DNA of 64,000 nt, taken from assembly GCA_050575255.1 (NCBI GenBank), contig JBNZDD010013577.1, positions 88,228 through 152,227 of the forward strand. The letters are read 5' to 3'. This DNA comes from Harriotta raleighana (taxonomy: Eukaryota). The notes beneath the pieces were generated by a model. The model searched no databases. It saw only the letters and a list, made by a program, of their open reading frames with translations, and was not told the DNA's origin. Below, piece by piece: positions 61,401 to 64,000 of this stretch (position 1 is the stretch's first letter; each line of letters starts with the position of its first letter). Position numbers and translations under genes: made by a program.

Positions 61401-63255
61401 AGAAAAGAGCAACTCAATCCCACTGCCCAGCTTTCTCCCCATAACCTAACAGACCCGTTCTCCCTAAATAAATATCGAATTCTATTTTAAAAGCTGTTAT
61501 TGAATCGGCCTCCACCACCTTTTCAAGCAATGCATTCCAGATTCGAACAACCCGCTGAGTGAAAACATTTCTCCTCAGCTCCCCTCTGCTTCACTTTGAA
61601 ACTATTTTAAATGTGTGACCACGAGTCACAGATTCGCCCACCAGTGGAAACAATTTTTCCTTATTCACCCTGTCGAATCCCCTCATTATTTTATAAATCT
61701 CTACCTCCTCTCAATCTTCTCTGTTCCAGAGAGAATAAACCTAACCTATCCAGCCTTTCCCATAACTGAAGTCCCTCAATCCTGGTACCATTATAGTAAA
61801 CCTTCTTTCCAATGCCTTAAGTCCCTCCAGTCCCTCTGACCCCTCCCTTTCCACTTTCAAAACAAACTGGACTTATACACTTATCCTTTCCCCACCATCC
61901 CATGTGCATTTCCCTTCCCCCCCAGCTCCCCTTCCTCCTATTGACATAGCGCTTTTAATGTCTTGTCAGCGTCCCAAAGCTCTTCACAGCGTATGCTGTA
62001 AAGTGAATTGATTGCCAGTTGTACAAAATGCTTTGAGCCATTCTTGCAACATAAACAAGCATTATAACCATATAAATTATATTGCATCAAAACTTATTTA
62101 AAGGTAATGATTTGTATATATATATATATATGGCAAACAATGATCTTGGCTATTGTCTCCCATTTGCAATCAGAAATCTCCAAGATTACCTACACTGCAC
62201 TATATTTCGAATAGGTGGGGTTATTCTGTGGAGTTCTGCAGCTCAGTGGCTAGAGCACTCGCCACACCTTTGAGAGACCTGCGTTTGATTCCAGGCAGGG
62301 TGAAACCTTGGATAAGTTTCCTAACTCCACACAGCTGATAATAATCCTCAAGAAAACAAAATTGATCACTTCAATCCATATGTGTTTTGGGACACTGATA
62401 TACGCAATTGGCTGCCGCGTTTTGCCCACAAATATGCTGACAAGACATTAAAAGCGCTATGTCAATGCAAGTGATCAGCTCTCTCTCCCCACAACCCACC
62501 TTCANCATACGCTGTGAAGTGCTTTGGGACGCTGACAAGACATTAAAAGCGCTATGTCAATGCAAGTGATCAGCTCTCTCTCCCCACAACCCACCTTTAG
62601 TTTACTGAACTGGTGGCCTATTTTTAAGCATCTTTCTGTCTTGCTGAATGGAATCCCAGCTAAACACATTACATTACACTAATACTGCATCTAGCAGTAA
62701 ACAGTGAACATGGAAGGTGATAGAAACCTCAGCAGTTTGAAAATTGTGACATTGTTCCAGAGACCCACTGCACCTTTGCCCTTGTCTCCTCTCATCTTTC
62801 TCCATCCTCCTCACTCACATGAACCCCACCACTTACTGCCTTGATCCATACCTACACAGCTCCCGATTGCCTAACAATATCTCCTTGCCACTTTACTATT
62901 GATATCATCAACTATTTCCTAACCTGCTGCACAGTACAGAACTTCCCTCCCCCAACCTAAACCAGTGAATAACTAAAGACAACTTTGCATTATTGAGTGA
63001 TGGATATCACATTGCATAAGCTGTTTTTCACTCCATTGTGTTATAGTTAGAAGTTGAATGTTTGATTCCCAGTTTGGGAACATTTGCTGTTATACCTCTG
63101 TTCACTTTTCAATTTTATTTATTTTTAGGTTAGAGCTGGTCCCAATCAACAAGAAGCTGTGGGTGACAGCCAAACCCAACAAAACAGTGGCCGAGGCTCT
63201 CCATCCATTCCTCATCAAATACAAATTAAATGCTAAGGAGGTGGAGGCTAAACTA
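22382..63255 (+). CDS. RGS14: Regulator of G-protein signaling 14 (RGS domain + RBD1 + start of RBD2; 3' exons outside window)
   Basis: Eleven exons join in frame. The N-terminus [21 protein letters not shown] matches recalled human RGS14 [69 protein letters not shown] and LDQD..IL.DQE favour RGS14 over RGS12. Confidence 0.9.
23534..24430 (-). mobile_element. CR1 LINE, 5'-truncated (RT C-terminus and 3' tail)
   Basis: [47 protein letters not shown]; (ATTCTATG)n tail. Confidence 0.92.
25300..26030 (+). mobile_element. CR1 3' fragment interrupted by a minus-strand SINE (about 25458-25767)
   Basis: [16 protein letters not shown] before the SINE; [14 protein letters not shown] and FFTQRVVNL after it. 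Confidence 0.85.
27358..27456. repeat. Perfect 47-bp inverted repeat with 5-nt spacer
   Basis: atgttttgtggggccccatttcattacccgaaccccagtataaactg-tctgg-exact reverse complement. Confidence 0.95.
27860..28168 (+). mobile_element. tRNA-derived SINE, near full length
   Basis: ggagtcctgtagctcagtgg head, core and tail. Confidence 0.85.
30840..32340 (+). mobile_element. Highly degenerate CR1 RT remnant with nested SINE/L2 tails
   Basis: Decayed [18 protein letters not shown] and KFNID motifs; attctatg tail. Confidence 0.55.
32990..33905 (+). mobile_element. L2 3' fragment(s) with stacked tails
   Basis: [32 protein letters not shown]; several tgtgaaaggcgct...gttgttg tails. Confidence 0.85.
36130..36365. 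mobile_element. Second copy of the palindromic element, opposite orientation
   Basis: Same arm sequence (aaactcagcaggtcaggcagcatcca...); near-complete fold-back centred at about 36229. Confidence 0.75.
40698..40719 (+). CDS. RGS14: RGS14 22-nt microexon (AMAVSDG/E)
   Basis: Long pyrimidine tract ...ctttgttctcttgcag|, donor GAG|GTTAGT; the VSDGE motif is shared by RGS12 and RGS14. Confidence 0.88.
40920..42545 (+). mobile_element. CR1 LINE: end of esterase-type ORF1, start of APE endonuclease, N-gap, RT 3' end and tail
   Basis: [10 protein letters not shown]...NGLHLNRAG (SGNH-like DGLHL motif), [36 protein letters not shown], ttcttatgttctt tail; gap at 41556-42138. Confidence 0.88.
41556..42138. 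other. Assembly gap
   Basis: Run of N. Confidence 1.
42677..42994 (-). mobile_element. tRNA-derived SINE, full length; representative of dozens of full or partial copies (e.g. about 5597, 7450, 10130, 11095, 17630, 19680, 21620, 22820, 31590, 38615, 50700, 56815, 62230)
   Basis: Head GGAGTCCTGTAGCTCAATGGTTAGAGCACTTGCCTTGCAAGCG, shared core and (ATT)n tail. Confidence 0.88.
44817..44898 (+). CDS. Putative internal alternative first exon of RGS14 ([27 protein letters not shown])
   Basis: Two in-frame ATGs (44817, 44841); donor CTG|GTGAGT; phase 1 matches the exon at 51826; ETS-type CACTTCCG at about 44736. Confidence 0.55.
48195..49400 (-). mobile_element. L2-clade LINE, 5'-truncated
   Basis: [66 protein letters not shown]; (TTG)n tail. 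Confidence 0.92.
50180..50670 (-). mobile_element. L2 3' fragment
   Basis: [12 protein letters not shown]...[16 protein letters not shown]; caacaacaa tail. Confidence 0.8.
50863..51086. mobile_element. Palindromic non-autonomous element with hammerhead-like core, nested in a SINE
   Basis: About 69-bp arms (50899-50967 / 51018-51086) with one mismatch; flanking ttcactttatagtat / ttcactttctagtat duplication. Confidence 0.75.
51826..51995 (+). CDS. RGS14: RGS14 exon: linker and start of RGS domain (ELNITE...[22 protein letters not shown])
   Basis: ttttcacag| ... ACT|GTGAGT; 170 nt. Confidence 0.95.
52603..52695 (+). CDS. RGS14: RGS14 RGS-domain exon ([31 protein letters not shown])
   Basis: ctctttttcag| ... 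CAA|GTAAGT; 93 nt. Confidence 0.95.
53340..53483 (+). CDS. RGS14: RGS14 RGS-domain exon ([29 protein letters not shown]...DMFKAQQLQ)
   Basis: Pyrimidine tract + tacag| ... CAG|GTATTG; 144 nt. Confidence 0.95.
54600..55160 (-). mobile_element. L2 fragment with a nested short tail element (about 54805-54886)
   Basis: [17 protein letters not shown]; similar to the 48195 copy. Confidence 0.75.
55329..55508 (+). CDS. RGS14: RGS14 exon ending the RGS domain ([28 protein letters not shown]...GSKK)
   Basis: ttgtttgtag| ... AAG|GTAAAA; 180 nt. Confidence 0.95.
56617..56758 (+). CDS. RGS14: RGS14 linker exon ([12 protein letters not shown]...KEKRDSLG)
   Basis: ggcag| (weak tract, tandem acceptors) ... 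GAG|GTTAGT; KLKSGKS resembles RGS14 KLKPGKS; phase 0 to 1 fits. Confidence 0.8.
57410..57790 (-). mobile_element. L2 3' fragment adjoining a plus-strand CR1 tail (about 57190-57402)
   Basis: Similar to other L2 copies; gatcagccatgatcttattgaatgg...ggcctactcctg CR1 end. Confidence 0.7.
58473..58597 (+). CDS. RGS14: RGS14 linker exon (..[32 protein letters not shown])
   Basis: ttcttcttttag|cag| acceptor, donor GAG|GTACAA; conserved RRESQGS motif. Confidence 0.9.
58620..59180 (+). mobile_element. Degenerate CR1 3' fragment
   Basis: [12 protein letters not shown]-like and FF.MKR-like remnants; aatggcccccttctgtg terminal motif. Confidence 0.55.
59863..60063 (+). CDS. RGS14: RGS14 RBD1 exon (NEKPISS...[14 protein letters not shown]...YLVRNEK)
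   Basis: tttctggcacag| ... AAG|GTACAC; 201 nt. Confidence 0.93.
60305..60860 (-). mobile_element. L2 3' fragment
   Basis: caacaacaaaattacacttgtatagtgcctttcac tail; G-rich 3' UTR on the plus strand. Confidence 0.8.
61158..61234 (+). CDS. RGS14: RGS14 RBD1/RBD2 exon ([25 protein letters not shown])
   Basis: aacttcag| ... CGA|GTAAGG; 77 nt, phase 2. Confidence 0.93.
61330..61830 (-). mobile_element. CR1 3' fragment
   Basis: catagaatcatagaat tail; similar to the 23534 copy. Confidence 0.8.
63129..63255 (+). CDS. RGS14: RGS14 RBD2 exon ([28 protein letters not shown]...AKL)
   Basis: tttatttttag| ... CTA|GTACGT; 127 nt. Confidence 0.92.
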
Positions 63256-64000
63256 GTACGTACTTAAACAGCAAGATAAACATCCCATAGAAACTGTTGT
63301 TATCCAGGTGACTGTATACATTTTGAATGCACGGATGTCTGTTCAGGTGGAAGTTAAAGATCCCATGCCACTAGAAGAAAAAAGAAGGGAGTTTCTTCCA
63401 GTTCCCTGGCCAACAATCTTCTAGATTAATTATACATTCATCTCTTGGCTGTTTGTGTGAACTTACTGTGCACAAACAAACTACCACTTTTGCCTACAAA
63501 ACAGTCTTCACACTTAACAAAAATTACCATTGAGTGCTTTGATACATTTTAATCTGGTGAGGTGCTATAACAACCTCTTGAACCCTGGGAGACGGAGCTG
63601 GAGCTCTGTGATCTAATAATTCCCAGAAAGCTGTTGAAAGTTAAGTTGAATTATCAGTTCTGTATTGTGCTTTTTTTTCTCACTCAAGATAAAATATCAA
63701 TTCACTGGGAGGTACGACTTCTAACATCTCAGCTAAGAACTGGTGAAATACCTCAACTGAGGCAAGCATGGAGACATCTTAAATCTGGGGTGTAAGATAT
63801 CTAAGTTGTTATTGGTTTGGAACCATACCAACTTACTTAAATTGATTCGGAGCTCCCACATTGGGTTAGTTACATTATCCATTGATTAGCTGAGCCATAC
63901 AGGGCATGGTCTATGCTACATGTCTAATCTCAGATGGGCAGGAATTGGCCCCAATCCTTTTGGGTTTAAAGATGGGTGAAACTTGGACTGAGTTCCTGAT

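Noticed and set aside
1-64000. CRISPR arrays, operons or prokaryotic systems
   Set aside because: The sequence is spliced vertebrate DNA; the recurring motifs are dispersed SINE/LINE tails, not regularly spaced repeats with spacers.

Overview
This is vertebrate genomic DNA, about 40% GC and repeat-dense. The tRNA/Deu-type SINEs and the CR1 and L2 LINEs suggest a cartilaginous fish such as a chimaera or shark; this is inference only. Two spliced genes were reconstructed by hand from splice signals and frame continuity. (1) Minus strand: the first six coding exons (7292->1995) of an unnamed WD40-repeat protein, which continues off the left edge. (2) Plus strand: RGS14 (RGS domain plus tandem Ras-binding domains; the GoLoco exons lie beyond the right edge), with canonical coding exons from 22382 to 63255. 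The most interesting structure is the 5' end of RGS14, which seems to have three alternative entry points: the canonical exon 1 ([13 protein letters not shown]), an upstream in-frame exon resembling the RGS12 exon that precedes the shared 22-nt microexon, and an internal basic first exon reminiscent of RGS10 exon 1. The introns also hold two copies of a palindromic element with a hammerhead-ribozyme-like core and long target-site-like duplications, a perfect 47-bp inverted repeat, and SINE/L2 chimeras. Most ORFs in the supplied track are repeat-derived or spurious. Several duplications flanking single Ns look like assembly artefacts. Homology statements rest on protein sequences recalled from memory, not on searches.
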